Made by a program: the position numbers and the translations under genes
The notes under the pieces: model-generated
The model's input: only the letters and a program-made list of their open reading frames with translations
Database searches by the model: none
Told to the model about the DNA's origin: nothing
Shown: piece after piece, positions 19,300-33,208 of the stretch
How positions within the stretch are numbered: position 1 is the first letter of the stretch
Layout of the letters: the number at the start of each line of letters is the position of its first letter
Assembly: GCA_009103225.1 (NCBI GenBank)
Contig: RHPI01002262.1
Location: 940,585-1,004,584, forward strand
DNA: 64,000 nt
Origin: Chlorokybus atmophyticus
Taxonomy: Eukaryota > Plantae > Mesostigma and Chlorokybus algae
Reading direction: 5' to 3'

Positions 19300-22200
19300 A
19301 TGAGAATGGGAAGGCGTCAGCAGGTACGACATAGGCCTAGCAAGTCTTCATTGCTTGTTCCTGCTTGTGATCATTTCACTCTCTCGTCATGCTGACTTTG
19401 GAAATGCAGTGGGATCTGCGCCCTCGTCGCATTCCGCGCGCTCATGCTCCCGCTGTACGTTTGACGCATGCTCGCCCGCTGCAAGATGACCGCGGGCTGG
19501 CCTTGCAGCTGCCTTTTGCTCGTGTCAGTGTGCCGCTGTCATTAGGCATTGGATCCGGCTTGGGAGGAGGCATTCTGAAAGGTAGTTTACGGTATCAGTG
19601 TCTCTCCAGTGCTTGATTATAATTTGCCAACCAATGCACAAGTTCCGCCAGCAGCTTGCATGAATTCATGCAATGTGGCAAGAAAGTTAAGCTTTATCCG
19701 AGTTTGAGGGCAATCACAAGCCTGACCAACTGTTGCAGATGTCACGTTAAGACTGGTTCAAGTGCGGTTGGGGCTGGTGAATGGTTCGCAGACGCAGCGT
19801 GTGCTGGGCGAGGGGTACGGTGCGCATGCAGTGACAACTGAGTTGCGTTTTATTGTGACCATGCATGCAGTCTAAAGACAAGTGCTGCTTTGTGCTTGCA
19901 GAGTGCTAGGAGGTGTTCTGCGCACAGGCTTCCTGGGGTTGCAAATTGCAGATCATGCCGCAGTCTTGCTGGCATGGCAGGTACACTGCCCGATGAGTGA
20001 ATTGCTTGCAGTTAACCACATGCAAAACTGTACTGAGCTTAAAGAGGTACACCTCTGGGTATGTGCAGATGTTTGCACCCGGAGTGGGTGCTGCTGCTGT
20101 ACGCATGCTGTCTTCATTTGCGGTTTGGAGGATGCTTGCCAACTTCATCACCAGAAGAAAAAGCTCATTAAAACTCGTACATAAGCACAAGAATAAGCTT
20201 GCCTTGCCTATCAATAACAATGACGCCAGCTGGACACGACCACTTGGGCGCCGGTTTCCCGAAGCCGCACTCATGCTCCGCATTGGCTCTCACCTCCTGC
20301 AAAGATGGCGCCCAAAACTGCATGTGAGTTGCTTGTTACACCATGTACAGCAGTATCACTAGCGGCTCAGTATGTGCACAATGACAAGTGACTTGTCTCT
20401 CAGAGGTCGCTGGAGGCAGCAGGTGCGCTTGTACCCGTAGTGGGTGGCTACAAGCGCGCAGCGAGGATTGCGAGTACCGCTGGCCTGGGAAAAGCGGAGT
20501 CAGACCAGCTGTGGAAGGTGAGTGCTGGAAGTCATCCGTGTGGTAGGGGTCCATGTCGTTCTCTTGTGAGGTGGTCAGCCACGTTCATGCGCAACACACC
20601 CACAACCGTAAACACAGAAGCCACAAATATATGTTGCGGTGCTAGTTCCATCAGCATTGAACAGTGCCTAGCCAAAGTCCATAAACAGCAACATTAGCAG
20701 CTGTCCTCATGCACATCCTGAGACGGGTGTTGCTGGTAACTTTGGTGCTCGTCAGCAGACTTGTGTGGCATGATTAAGCAATTCATCAAAACTCTTCATT
20801 CCCATGTGCAGAAGCAGCACCGGTGGGCCGCAGTTCGTACGCACCGCTATCTGACAGACCTGCCAGAGTAAGTGTCCAAACCAGTTTCATGCTTCAGTCG
20901 GTGTCCGAAGTGAGTGGTCAATACTGTTGCTCCGCAGACAGCCTGTGTTCAAGCCTGTGCTAGACCTGCTTGCACGCACAAAGACAGTGGTCGGCACGCC
21001 CAATGTCACTGGCATGTTCGTAACAATCGAGTTGCCCCCACTCCCCCCACCACCACCCACACCTTGCAAGAAGTTATCGCTGTCCGTGTCCCTTGAGCGA
21101 TTGCCATCAAATGTTGCTGGACCACTGTTACCAGAGTTCTGCGGGGACAACTGCTCTTGTCAGGTACATGATTAGAGGTATTTTCAGCATAAAACACGCA
21201 ATGACAGATTCCTGTTTCGCAGTATGCTGAGGGGGACGGTTCATTACTCCCGCTGGTTAGCAGCGCCACGATTGACACTGACACCGAAATGATTATTCGC
21301 CCACCGTTGATTGAGTTCTTTGTTCTCATGTACAGAGCAGGTAACCATTGTGAAACCCATCAACCGACTTACCAATTGTTCCTTGCGTCGCCACCCTTCT
21401 CGTGACATACTGACACTTGTTTAACAGTCCAGCTGTTTATCCTCTTCCTACCCGTGTTGATACTCCTTCCACTATTCTTATACCTGTCAAGTACGTGGCG
21501 AGTCACATCCCTGCGCTCTCGTGCATGGCGGCTGCTGCTTAGTACAGCTGAGCGAGCGGGTGCTGCTTTCATCAAGTGGGGCCAGGTATGGTTCTTGCAT
21601 GTACACTATCAGCTGCAGGCCTCTTTGCGTGTACATAACGCAGTGGCTTGTTGTTTTGTGAGCAGTGGGCAGCAGCTAGGGAGGACCTTTTCCCTCAAGA
21701 CCTTTGCATTGTGCTTTCCCAGCTTCAGGTCAGCAAGCAAGCTCTCAGGGTCTCAACTGATTGATCGGCTCCGGTTGCGTGACCAACTGGCGCATAACAG
21801 GATAGAGCACCGCAGCATCCGTTTGCACATTCAAAGCGTGTGGTTGAGGCCATGCTGCAACAGCCACTGTTGGTTTCTTTTGAAGAGTTCCCAGATATGC
21901 CTGTAGCTTCAGGTGCGTTGCTGTATTGTTTATGTGGCGGGTAACATCAAGTCCTACCTTTCTTGAGCTACTTAAGAAATAGGAAACGCCTGTATGCAGG
22001 CAGCATTGCACAGGTGTATAAAGCAATATTACGCCCAACGGCCAATCGCCCACGGATGCGCGTTGCAGTCAAGGTATCACGTGGCTTAGGTTTACGCGTG
22101 TTCACACTAGATGCATAATGAACTTGTAGTAACCTATGAATACACGTAGGTGAGACATCCTGGGGTTGCACGACGCATACACGATGACTTTCAAGTAATG

Positions 22201-23493
22201 GCAGCTGCCGCAGCAATGGCGGACCGCATCCCAGCGCTGAAGTGGCTCAACCTGAAAGAAAGTGTATCGCAGTTCTCTCATACGTTAACGGGTCAAGCCG
22301 ATTTGCGTGCTGAAGGCACGCGCCTGCAGACCTTCTACGACAACTTCAAAGACGTGAGCCATGTTGTCATACCCAGACGCATCCCGGAGCTCAGCAGCGC
22401 AGATGTGTTGGTTGAGTCCTTTGAGGCGGGCAAGTCACTCAATCACTTCCTGAGGAAGCCTTCCAGCGCAAACAATGAGATTGTCGCGCTTGGTGTTGAT
22501 GCATATCTGCGGATGCTGCTTTACGATAACTTCGTGCACACTGACCTGCATCCTGGTAAGCAGAGGTGCTGAGTACCTATCATTATGCAAAACAAGTTTA
22601 CCAAGATTACTTGTACTAATGCAGGCAACATTCTGGCACGCTTTGTTAAGCCGGCAAGACCTGTCCTAAAGAAGAAACTCTCTGTAAGCAAGCGTCCTAC
22701 CGACCCCAGCCTAAATTCAATACGTTCCATACGTCTAAAGCGGAGGCCAAGTCTCAAGTCCCCTGCAAAGCGGGTGAGTACAACTGTGCACTGGCATTGC
22801 ATGTGGATGTGGCGAATATGGTACCAACCAGCGTTGGTAACAGAGGGAAGTCGCTGGAAGCCAAGTTGAGATTGTTATCTTGGATTATGGTCTGGCAGAG
22901 CCTCTGTCACCAGACGTCCGGTACCACTTCATTTCTTTCCTTAATCACATTGGTCGCGGTGATGGTGCAGCTGCGGTAAGTCTTGCAGTATAACAAGATT
23001 GCAGCTGTTCAAAATGCTTGGCAAAGTTGACATGTCCTATATGCTCTGCCTTGACCAAAGCATAACTGAGTGTCAACCTAACCCTGCAGGCCCTCCATTT
23101 ACTTCAGTGGGCTGGCACGCGTCCACAACAGTGTCCAGATCCCCTAGCTCTGGTAGCTGACATGCAAGCCTTCTTTGACTTGGAGTGCAACCTGGCGGAG
23201 AAGCCGATTGACCTGGACCTGGTTATGAAACAGGTATGGATGGATGTCGCAAGTCTGCATGCTGCTGCTTGCTGTTCAGGCCTAATCATCATAATCTGTT
23301 GCAGGTACTGAAGATAGCGGCCGCACACTCATGCACAGTTGACCCGGCATATGCATCCCTTGTGATAGGGTTGTGCGTGCTGGTGGGTTTTGCAACAACA
23401 CTTGACCCACAATTAAGCCTGATGGACCCTGCGACGCCAACCTTGCTGGCATACAACCTTACAGGACGCATCATAGGGCGCCTGTATGGCTAA
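19300..23493 (+). CDS. ABC1/UbiB atypical kinase (ADCK2/ABC1K10-like) with a long N-terminal extension; multi-exon
   Basis: YRAVQLFILFLP, GAAFIKWGQ, VRHPGV...IPALKWLNLKESVSQF...QADLRAEG, LRMLLYDNFVHTDLHPGNIL; TAA at 23491-23493. The 5' exons are less certain. Confidence 0.85.
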
Positions 23494-23512
23494 CCAAATA
23501 AACTGAAATTCA

Positions 23513-25228
23513 TTATTGCAACAGTCTAAGCGTTGTCTCGTATGCTAGGAATGTTATTGATGCTGCTGGCAGTGTGCGCAAGATGTTTGGCGTCATGCCC
23601 CGGTAAAACCCTCGTATGCCCTCATTGGCATAAGTGGTTGCTACTGTGTGCCACACGCTCGTGTATGCGCGGTGTCCATTGACTGGCCTTTGTTGCAACC
23701 TTGCTCTAATTACCTGTATGGGTTAATGTATGTGTGAGTGTTGTTACACCATATGAACAGCTTGAACTCTAAAGAAGATGCATGTCTCCGGTGGTGGAGA
23801 CATGCATACAGTCTTTGCCTATGCATACCTGTGTTGGGTACGTGAAAAGGGAAGCAACCAACTTGGATGCGGCCCCCACGATCGCAGCATCACCGGAAGG
23901 CAGCGTTTCTTGCGTGGAGGTAAGCTTCTGCTGCGCTTCCCCACTCCGTCTCTGCCTATAAGTTAGAACCATGCGCTTGAGCTCCTCATACACAGTGAAC
24001 TGGATGGCGCCGTGAGAGACTAGCAACAGCGAGGGCACGATGCCGCGGTACAGCCCGCGCACGCCCTCTTCAGCAGCAATGCGCCTCAACGCGTCCAATG
24101 TCCCGCGGTAGTTGTTGTTGTTGTTCACACTTCTGCGCTGCAGCTGCAGACGTGTCTTTATCACCCACACCGGGTTGGTCAACACGCTCACGAGCGCCCC
24201 CGCCTCGGCGGCGGCTGCCAAGTGGAGGTGCGCTGGCAGATGAGTGCTGTGGGGAGAGGATTGGGTAGATTCGCGGCGCTCAAGGCGACGCTGGTAGCGG
24301 AGCTTTGCACGCTGGTACCAGTAGAAGTACACCGCCCAGGAGACACCGCTGCATACACAGTGAAAGCTTGGTATTGGCTAACATGCTGTACCAAACAGCC
24401 CAGTACAGTAGTTTTACATGCAAATTGTATGGTTTGCATCAATGGATGATGCAGCCCCACTTTACCTTCCGGCTAGAGCGGGACCGAGGCCGCTGTACAG
24501 TGCTCGCCAGCCTTCAGTGCCCACGATCGTCCTGGCATGCCACAGCGTATCAGATGCAAGTGCATGCCAACTCTCGCGTGTCCATGCATGCATGGGTGGG
24601 CGTGCATGGTGAATGGGCGAGCGCGCGCGTGCACACACGCATGTGTGTGAGTGTGCATGCGTGTATGGTGTTGTTGACTCTCCTATAGAGGCGTCGAGTA
24701 AGGCGGTAGAGCCAGCCAGCAAGTGTGTAGGATATGTTTCAAGAGTCAGCACACCCACCTGAACGCATGCAGTGTCCCAGTATACGTTGGTAGGGGTCCG
24801 ACTGCACGCCCGTCTTGGATCTACACACGCATCAGTATTGTAAGCATGCGTTACTAGTTGTGAATGTTTGATAACATCATGTTGTCAGCATTCCGCGGAT
24901 TGTTGATTGCATGCATCATCAGACTTGTGTAGCTTCCATGCATGCGCGGGCTTCAAATCCCAGACGCGGCAATTTGTAATTGCATGCAGTTATGACTAGC
25001 GAACACTGAATTGTCAGACCAGACCAGACCGGACCAAACCAGGCCGAGCACCTGGAATCTGGTCCTGATGACGTCCAGCGGGTGCAGCACCAGCACCGCA
25101 GCCAGCCCACCGCACGCTCCCGCAACACCGTGCCTCCACCCTCTATCTGCGCTCCCTCTATCCCGCCTGCGCTCGCCTACACCGCCGCCGCCGCCGCCGC
25201 CGCCGCTGCCGCCGCCGCTCTGCGGCAT
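23513..25228 (-). CDS. FOLT1: Mitochondrial carrier family protein, folate/FAD transporter type
   Basis: Three carrier repeats: HPLDVIRTRFQV, TNPVWVIKTRLQLQ and TYPTQV..ARLQQ, plus EGVRGLYRGIVPSLLLVSHGAIQFTVYEELK. Confidence 0.85.
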
Positions 25229-25450
25229 TCCCAAGCCAACAACAAGTCCCAACCTGGCTTCAAGACCCAATGAAGACCTAGACTTCAAGGGTTGAACTTG
25301 CGGCGGGTTACGAAGTGCTGTCACTTACGCTTTTCCTGTCACGTGAGCAGCGGCGTACGGGAAAGCTCCTCTTGTTCTTCTTCTTGTTGTGATTTCTGAG
25401 CTGATTTTTCTTGTTTTTCTGGGCGTTGGCGGTTTGGCGGCGAGTGGGCG

Positions 25451-28400
25451 ATGGCGGCGGCTAGAGGAGGGCTGCCGCCCACCAAGCGGATTGTGGGGAC
25501 AGAGGGCAGCAGGACTTCTGGAATGGCATCAATCTCTGGGGCTGGTGCTGCGGTGGATTTCGTGGACAGGAGGGCGCCTAGGGGGGCGCCGCCGCCATTC
25601 ATCACCAGTGAGTGCAAGTTATAAATCACTCAGTGGACGTCATTGGAAAACCATAACACTGCATGAATAAACCACGACTTACAATGAAATGCCTACATGA
25701 ACAGATGAACGAATGAACCAACACGCGATTGTACAAAGCAATGACTGTGATCTTGAGTATGACGCACAAATGACTAAGATGATAAAAAGAAATCAGAATA
25801 TCAAATCTACACAAGTTACAGCAGCTTTTTCAGAGGCAACATCGTGTACTAAAGCCACATACACTCGCTCTTGAAGGCAATGCGCAAGTAGTCGGAGAGT
25901 CGTGCACACAATGTGTTCGCCCGAGAGATTGTCCAGTTGATGGTGGTCTGCTGGTTGGTGACTGTGTTTTCAATGTAACATGCAGCGGCGTGCGTGCTTG
26001 AGGGTGGCAATGGCGTTTTGGAGGCCTTCCCGCCGTCGCTGCACTTCTTTGCAGGAGCCTCACAGGTGCTCGGCATAACATACATGCATACACGCAAGTG
26101 TACTCGCGCACGTCTCTGTGTGCACGCGTATGTGTGCACTTATACACACATACGTACACCATCGCCACCAACACCAATTGCAACAGCAACACCACCACCA
26201 ACAACAACAACAACCCTCTTGTGCAGAAGCAAACGGCGAGCGTGCGCATCGTCAACACATCAGCCACGACCCAGCGCTTCAGCGTCGCCCCGCCCCAGAC
26301 GCCCGAGTTCACCATCACACTCCCCAACAAAAAGGTGTGCTGATTGCATGGTGGTCAACTTGACTATCTGTACGTTTTGGTTGTTCTAAGTACTTACTCA
26401 GCAAGGCAACTCAAGCCACGGTCGACACACACTTGCGCACTCATACGCACACGCGCAGACGCACGCACACAGACGCACGCGCATGCGTGCAAATGCACAC
26501 GGTTGTCGCGCACACACAGAACGTCCAAATCAGCATATAGTCACTCACCCCACTCACCCACCATTGCAGCCCCAGTTGGCTCCCGGCATGTCCCAGGACG
26601 TCCTCGTCACCTTCTCTCCCCCCTCCTCCTCCTGCTCCTCCTCCTCCTCCTCCTCCTCCTTTGATGACGCCCTGCGCGTCCGGAGCGATGCAGGGGAACC
26701 CTTCGCCGTAAGGCTGCGGGCGCGATGCGATCTGTCTGTCACAAATGAACAGCCGCTGTCGTTTCCGGCACGCGTTGACTTTCCCGCAGCACCCCTTGGC
26801 CCAAAGTACGTGTGCACCTGCACCTGCAAATGGACTTTTGCGTATGTTTGTCAGTGTATGCGTAAACTAGTATGTGCATGTGTGTGCGTGCTCTCATGCA
26901 CGCGTGCATGCACATGCGAGTGCAAGTGTGCATGCGTGCTTGGATACGTGCACATTCCTGTGCACGACACCTTAACACTCAAGCAAATAACAGGCGGGTG
27001 AAGGAGGTGAAGCTCGGCCTCACCGACCCCACCTTCCTCCCCGCCGAGGGCCTCCCCTTCGCCCTCACCTTCACCGACCCCGACGTCCACGAATTCTCTA
27101 TCACCCCTTTCACTGGCCTCATCTCCAGAGACAACCCAACCGTCACGATCGCCATCGCCTTCGACCCCGTCTACCAAGCCACGTACGTGCAACGACTGCG
27201 AGTGCGGGTGGGAGAGAAGAGCAGCGTCACGTGCACGCTGACGGGGTCGGCGTCGCCGCCGGTGAAGGGAGGGATGGGGAGTGAGAAGAGTAAGAGAGAG
27301 AGTGAGAGTGGGAGTGGGAAAGTGAGTGGAAGACAGAAACAAGAAGTGGTGGAAGTGAAGACGGTGAGGGAGAAGATGACGCCCGCACCCTCACGTAAGC
27401 GCACGCCGACGCCAGTAGCCAAGGTAACGACAACGAGGGTGCCGACGCCGCAGATGACGGGGATCACGCCAATACAGCGCTTCAAGCACGCAGTGAGAGA
27501 GGTGAGGATGTGTGTGTGTGCTTGTGTACATGCGCGCGTGTGTGTGTCGATGAAGTCTGTTGGACGTGCATGCGTGCGTGACATGAGTATTGTTGGGTTG
27601 GGTCTGCAGGTGATGAGGCGTTTGAAAAGCGGGGAGGGAATCGGCAGTGTTGAGGAGACCCGAGCCGTGAGCCGAACGGGGAGCCGAGCCGAGACTCCAC
27701 AACAACCACAAGTGAGACTCACACTCGCAACACATCATCGCATCGCTCACTTGCGTGTTGCTACCCTCTCACACTGTGATTGTATTGTTCCTTGCGACAT
27801 CAGGATCAAGCGAGGACCGCAACCCCGAGCACCTGTGATGCAAGCATACCTATCGATGATGCTACCAGTGGGCCGCATGCTTCTGCGGGTGATGATGAGG
27901 CGACTACAACCACCATACAACAAGAGGTAAGCATGGCATAGCTCAAGACCAAAATACGTGCGGTTGAGTTGAACAGCATTGTTGCTGTGCGCAGGAGTCC
28001 ATGTTCAGAGCGCTATTACGTGAGGTTGAGCAGGAAGAAGCCATCGCGATTAAGGTTGAAATGAAATCACGTGGTGTCCTGTGCACACAAATGATACATA
28101 TACACTTATATACGTACACAAACTGAAACTCATGCACAATGTCTTTGCATCCAACAGCCCTCAAGGCCTCCTACAGCAATGACACTACCACCCGTCCCAC
28201 CCCCGCTTGCGCCACTCCCCGTGCCCACAACAACAAGCAACGAATCCAACATCAAGCCCTTCCCTGGCCCCATGACAGTACGCAACATTGCTGGAGTGTA
28301 ACATACTGACACACATATCACACACACATAACACATGCACAGGGTGAGGAGGACCCGATGTTTGCACCAAGACTACCTGAGCCAGGTCTAGATTGGGACC

Positions 28401-28942
28401 ATTTGCTCCCTCCTATGCGCATAGACCCAACTATACTCTCTCACGTGTCCAATACAACAAGCGATCCCGCCATGTTGGACTCCATGAGTGTGCGCGCTCT
28501 ATCGGGTTCAAAGACGATATCGGACTCATTTGTGGCCCGGCGCGACAGCTGGCGCCTTATTGGGAGCGATATCGACGAGCATGGGTGTGATATTCACGAG
28601 TGGGACACGCTGGAGAGCGCGAGAGAGGAAGACAACATGGAAGGGAGTGATGAGGGCTTGCTGGGTGATATACCCGACGTGGACACGATAGAGAAGATGT
28701 TTCATATCCCAGAGAGGAGGCGTGTTGTTGGTGGGTTCAGAGAGAGAGGGGGACATGTTGGTGAAGGTGATATTGACCTCATGCCCGGGAGTAAAGAAGA
28801 CAGGCAAGTCAATGAGGAGAAGATGCAGCGGCGTGTGGCGTGCATCAACAACAGCCGCAGAGATATCGACAAGGTCAACGAGTATATCAGAGACCCTCGC
28901 ATGCGCATCCCGCACAATGTGGAGGAGATAAACTCCACATGA
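25451..28942 (+). CDS. CFAP221: ASH/Ig-like-domain ciliary protein, CFAP221 (PCDP1)-like; multi-exon
   Basis: LEAFPPSLHF...VRIVNTSATTQRFSVAPPQTPEFTI...LAPGMSQDVLVTFSP...FPARVDFPAAPLG...FSITPFTGLI...VTIAIAFDPVY...CTLTGSASPP. The first exon 25451-~25607 splices in phase. Orthology is from recalled similarity. Confidence 0.6.
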
Positions 28943-29164
28943 CACGTATACCAACATTCTTTGCTATACTCAGAGACAGATACAGGTAAAGAAAGCTAAT
29001 TGCTCGTCTATTTCACCAAACAACACATCTAAGTAATACCACTCAACTGTACTGTACTGCTTCTGACTAGACACTATGCACATGTTACTATAACCACATT
29101 ATACCCACACTGAGTACACGAACAATAGGCTATACGCGCATGAATGTGAGATGACATATGTATC

Positions 29165-32100
29165 TCAGATGGACTGCCCGGCAGATGCGGGTTCGGCGTC
29201 CCAAATATTGACTTCAAATGCGAGATGATCCGACAACAGAAACTTGTGTTGGAGGTTCCACAAGTAATCCAGGTTCATGAACTTGGCAAAGCCCCAGTCT
29301 TCGGCGCCCTCATGCAGCGTTATGCCCGAAACCTCTGCATGAGACATACTTGCATACGGGATTGTGTATGTGCGAGCACATGTGTGCGTGCATATGTGCA
29401 TGCGCGTGTGCGTGTGCGTATGCGCATGCATAAGAGTGTTTGCATGCATGATTTTTGAGATCGAGCACATCTATGAGAGAGAGAAGTCATGCGTGCATGT
29501 GTGCGTGCGTGTGTACAACTATCTCCCGCTCACCTTGGGTGACTGAGCGCTGCTGGTCTTGCCATGATACGACTGTGATGGAGAACTTATGCACATGGCG
29601 ATGCCACCACTTGGGCAGAGCGTCCACGTTGGCCACGTCTAAGAATAGCGACAAGTGCCCCGCATTTTCCCTCCCGTTGCCCTTTGGACAAATGAACAGC
29701 CGCCTGTGATACAAGATACATGCGTGTGTGGGAGTACATGCATAGAAGATGCATACAAAGCCTTACACAAGCAAAGACAGACAGACATGCATGCACATAC
29801 ACACCCACAACCACTTGTGCATGTGTGCGTGTCCATGTGGAAACCCATGCAGACACACGCATGCGCGTGCACATATGCGTAGGCAGACATATATGCGTAG
29901 GCAGACACATATGCGTAGGCAGACACCATCATCAAACCAACATATCATCTAACCATCTCCCTTCATCAAACGGCTCCGTGTAGAACCCCTCCCCTCTCTG
30001 GCTCCATTGCTTGACCCACACGACGCGTCTCAAGTGGTTCTTGGCGGGGTATCGCGCCCACCAGCGGTGCGCGCGCTCGAGGTCGTAACGGCTGGCGGGG
30101 AGCTGACGGTGCACGTGCGCCGCATTACACAGACGCATGCATTCAAGACTGGAGGTGAAGAGGGGACTGGACATGGTCACCTCGGCAAGCGTGTACACGG
30201 ACACGTGCGGGAGACTGAGGCGGGTGAGTTGTGTCAGAGTTTTGGGTTGGAAGCACTTGACAACGTGCACACGCACTAATACATGTGTACGCATGCACGT
30301 ACGTGCACGCGCACAGATGCACACAGCTGCACTTACAGGCACTCAGGCACAGGCACGCAGACACACGCATACACAGACGCGGCCGCGGCCGCGCATGCGC
30401 CCATAAACCCATATACTCGCCCAAGCATACGCGCACGTCCACGATATGCTCATGCCCACACGCATCAACAAGTCATACCGTATGCTTTGCGAGAGCAGCT
30501 TCGGCAAGGCTAGCTCGCGGTTATCTCGGTCGTACGCCACCCAGTTCAGCACGCATTGCAGGAGCGCATCTTCCGACGACACGTACAAGTCATCACCAGA
30601 CAGCACCTCCGCCAACGCCTGCATGTGGGGATAACAGGTATGGTAGGTATGGTAGGTAACACACCCAGAAGCAAGCGCGTGCGCACGTATATATGTGGCT
30701 GTGTATACAGACATACACACCCCACCCACGCGCGCTCGCAATAAAACACGCGCGTGAGCGCGCGCACATGTGCGTGGGTGGGTATGTATGTTTACAAACA
30801 AAAATTACATGTGGGCATGCGTGTGCACGTCTGTGTGTCCATTCATCCAATCCTACAAGACCCGACACCTTTTCTGATAGGGTAAACAGCCGTGCTGAAG
30901 CTGTCGTCTCCCCAATTCTCTCAGTCGTGAACGTCGTCCTTCTCGCGACTGCGGCCGCGTCACGTCTCAGCTCGTCGAGCCCGTACCCGTCGGCGAGGTG
31001 GAGGAGCGCGAGGGCGTTGCGGGGTCGGAGTTGGCGGGAGAGGAAGAGGCCGCAGGCAGCGCGGATTGTGTTGATGTGGAGACGGTCGGAGAGGGAAAGG
31101 AGACGGTGATACGTACGGTCTGTCACCTACGGGGGGATAAACAGTCGTTGACATGCTATGGCGACCATAGATAACAATCCTCAATGTGTTGCAATACGTG
31201 CATCCGTGCACACATGTATGTGTGCGTGCGCATGCGCGCGTGCGTGTCCGCAGCATGCACACATTGATGTGTGAGTGCAAGCGTGAGTGCATGTGCGAGC
31301 ATGTGCATGCATACACACATGCACACATACACACCCGCAAAACGCAAGCTCACATCACACTTTCAACACGCGCACCAACTCATCCCATCCCACACACCTG
31401 TATCTCCCGAGTGTAGAGTGCCGTGACCACCTTCCTCAGATCCTCCTCATCCACCTCTCTTATCGTCACCACCTCCTCCTTCGCATCTTTGTACTCTTCC
31501 GTTGTAAACATTGCTCTAAAGAACAAACTCTCGGCCGCGAGCATCACGCGCGAGGCTCTTACACAAACCTCCTCGCCATCGCCGACACGCAAACCAACAT
31601 CGCACAACTTGCCGTGACGCCACAAGTCACACTGAGCACGTGACACGGCGGTGCCGAAACCCTCTAGACGGAAAGTGTCGTTGGCGTCAAGGGAAAGGAT
31701 GAGACCGTTGGGGTCACGGGACTTGGAGTATGTTGGGTTGGGTGGTTGTGTGGATGTTTGTGTTGTTGTTGTGTCGGTCAGCGCGAGGGCGAAAGAGTTG
31801 TTGTTGTTGTTGTTGTTGTGTTCGATGGTTGAGGGAGGCATCTGGGGGAGGGGAGGCCAGGTGGAGGTGGGTTGGAGGAGGTGGCTGGTGCTGCTGCTGG
31901 TGCTGGTGCTGGTTGTAGTGGTGGTGTGGTGATGGATGTTGGGGGGTTGTGTTGGGGCGTCGAGCGATCGGCGTGTGCTCTGCAAAACATCAATATTCTT
32001 ACTGATGCATGTTCGCATCGGTTGTAGGAGATTCAACTAAATTCACCAAAAACAACAAACACAAGGCGAGGTGTTCTGCTTGCATGCGCGTGGGTGGGTG

Positions 32101-32427
32101 TGTTAGTACGACGCACTCGGCGGTGCAGCCATTGCAGCCTTTTCTTCTCTTGAACATTGGGGACTTAGTTGTGTTGCACTCCGAGGGAGTTTCTTGTAAG
32201 CTAAATGCACCCAATCACAGACCATATACACTTAGCCCTTGGAAGTGCGCAACACAACACACACACCTATAAAAAAAAGCCCATACACACTCCATTCTAT
32301 TCCGTATACACACCGTTGCTGTTGTGCACAGAAGCATTGGCCATCGGACGTTGCAACGCTCGCCGCTGCCGCGCATTGCACAGCTGCCGCTGGCGGCGGC
32401 ATAGCTGGCGCCATCAGCATCAGCCAT
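29165..32427 (-). CDS. BTB-BACK-MATH(TRAF) domain protein; 5' end uncertain
   Basis: BTB LCDVGLRVG...ASRVMLAAESLFFRAMFT..YKDAKEEVVTIREV; BACK EVLSGDDLYVSSEDALLQCVLNWVAYD; MATH RLFICPKGNG...HLSLFLDV...FSITVV...DWGFAKFMNLDYL...FLLSDHLAFEVNI. Confidence 0.8.
29871..29924. repeat. Intronic 18-bp tandem repeat, 3 copies
   Basis: A(C/T)ATATGCGTAGGCAGAC at 29871, 29889 and 29907. Confidence 0.9.
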
Positions 32428-33208
32428 GGTTGCTTACACTAAGTCACTTCAAGTGATTCACAGTCAAACACGCACAGCAGTGGGCAAACCAGGGTGACTT
32501 GTTCGACGAACACCAACATTGAAACCTGTCAAATCAACACTCCGATCCGACCGACTCTGTGTCGCACGCATACGCGCATGCATTGAAGAGGATTGCAAGG
32601 GTTTCCGGGGGTATGCAACAACCTACCAGGCCACGGCTGAGGCCCATGGTCTAGTCGACCAGGCCGGCCGCCGCCAGGCGAGAGCAAGTCATGCACATGA
32701 GCGTGGGTGGATGCACTCCTCCGCCGCCTAGCAACGGCGGCGGCGAACGAAGCCTATGTGTCGGCTGCGCATGCACGCCGCTTCCTCTCAAACCCCCTAA
32801 CCACTTCGACCGCCGCCGACGCCGCCGACGCCGCTGCCGCCGACGCCGATGCCAACGCTGCCGCTGCCGCCGACATGTCCCAATTACGACTCAAATCCTC
32901 TCAACGGCTAAGTCCCAAAAGCAGATAGCCAGCACAAGACATGTTCCTACTCCTTTCAGGACTCAAAGAAAGCATGTCGCTCATGAGTCCAAGCAACCGT
33001 CACAAAAGACCGCACTCATGTCTGCCCTGTCATTGATTAGGGGAGCCTTTGAAGTAAACGCAGTCTACTGAGTGTAAGAAACCTCTATGTGGGGCTTCTG
33101 CCAAATTAGGCAACACTTGTGTGCCTCGCAGGCTTGGCGGCGGCGGCATAGGTGGGGTTGCAGGTGGCGTGTGAGACGTCTCTTGTTCAAACTCTTCTTC
33201 CCTCAGCT

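Noticed and set aside
19088-19330. Secreted selenoprotein-like ORF with an in-frame TGA at 19301-19303
   Set aside because: No Cys/Sec motif or recognisable family. The ATG at 19300 in another frame splices coherently into the ABC1 kinase exons.
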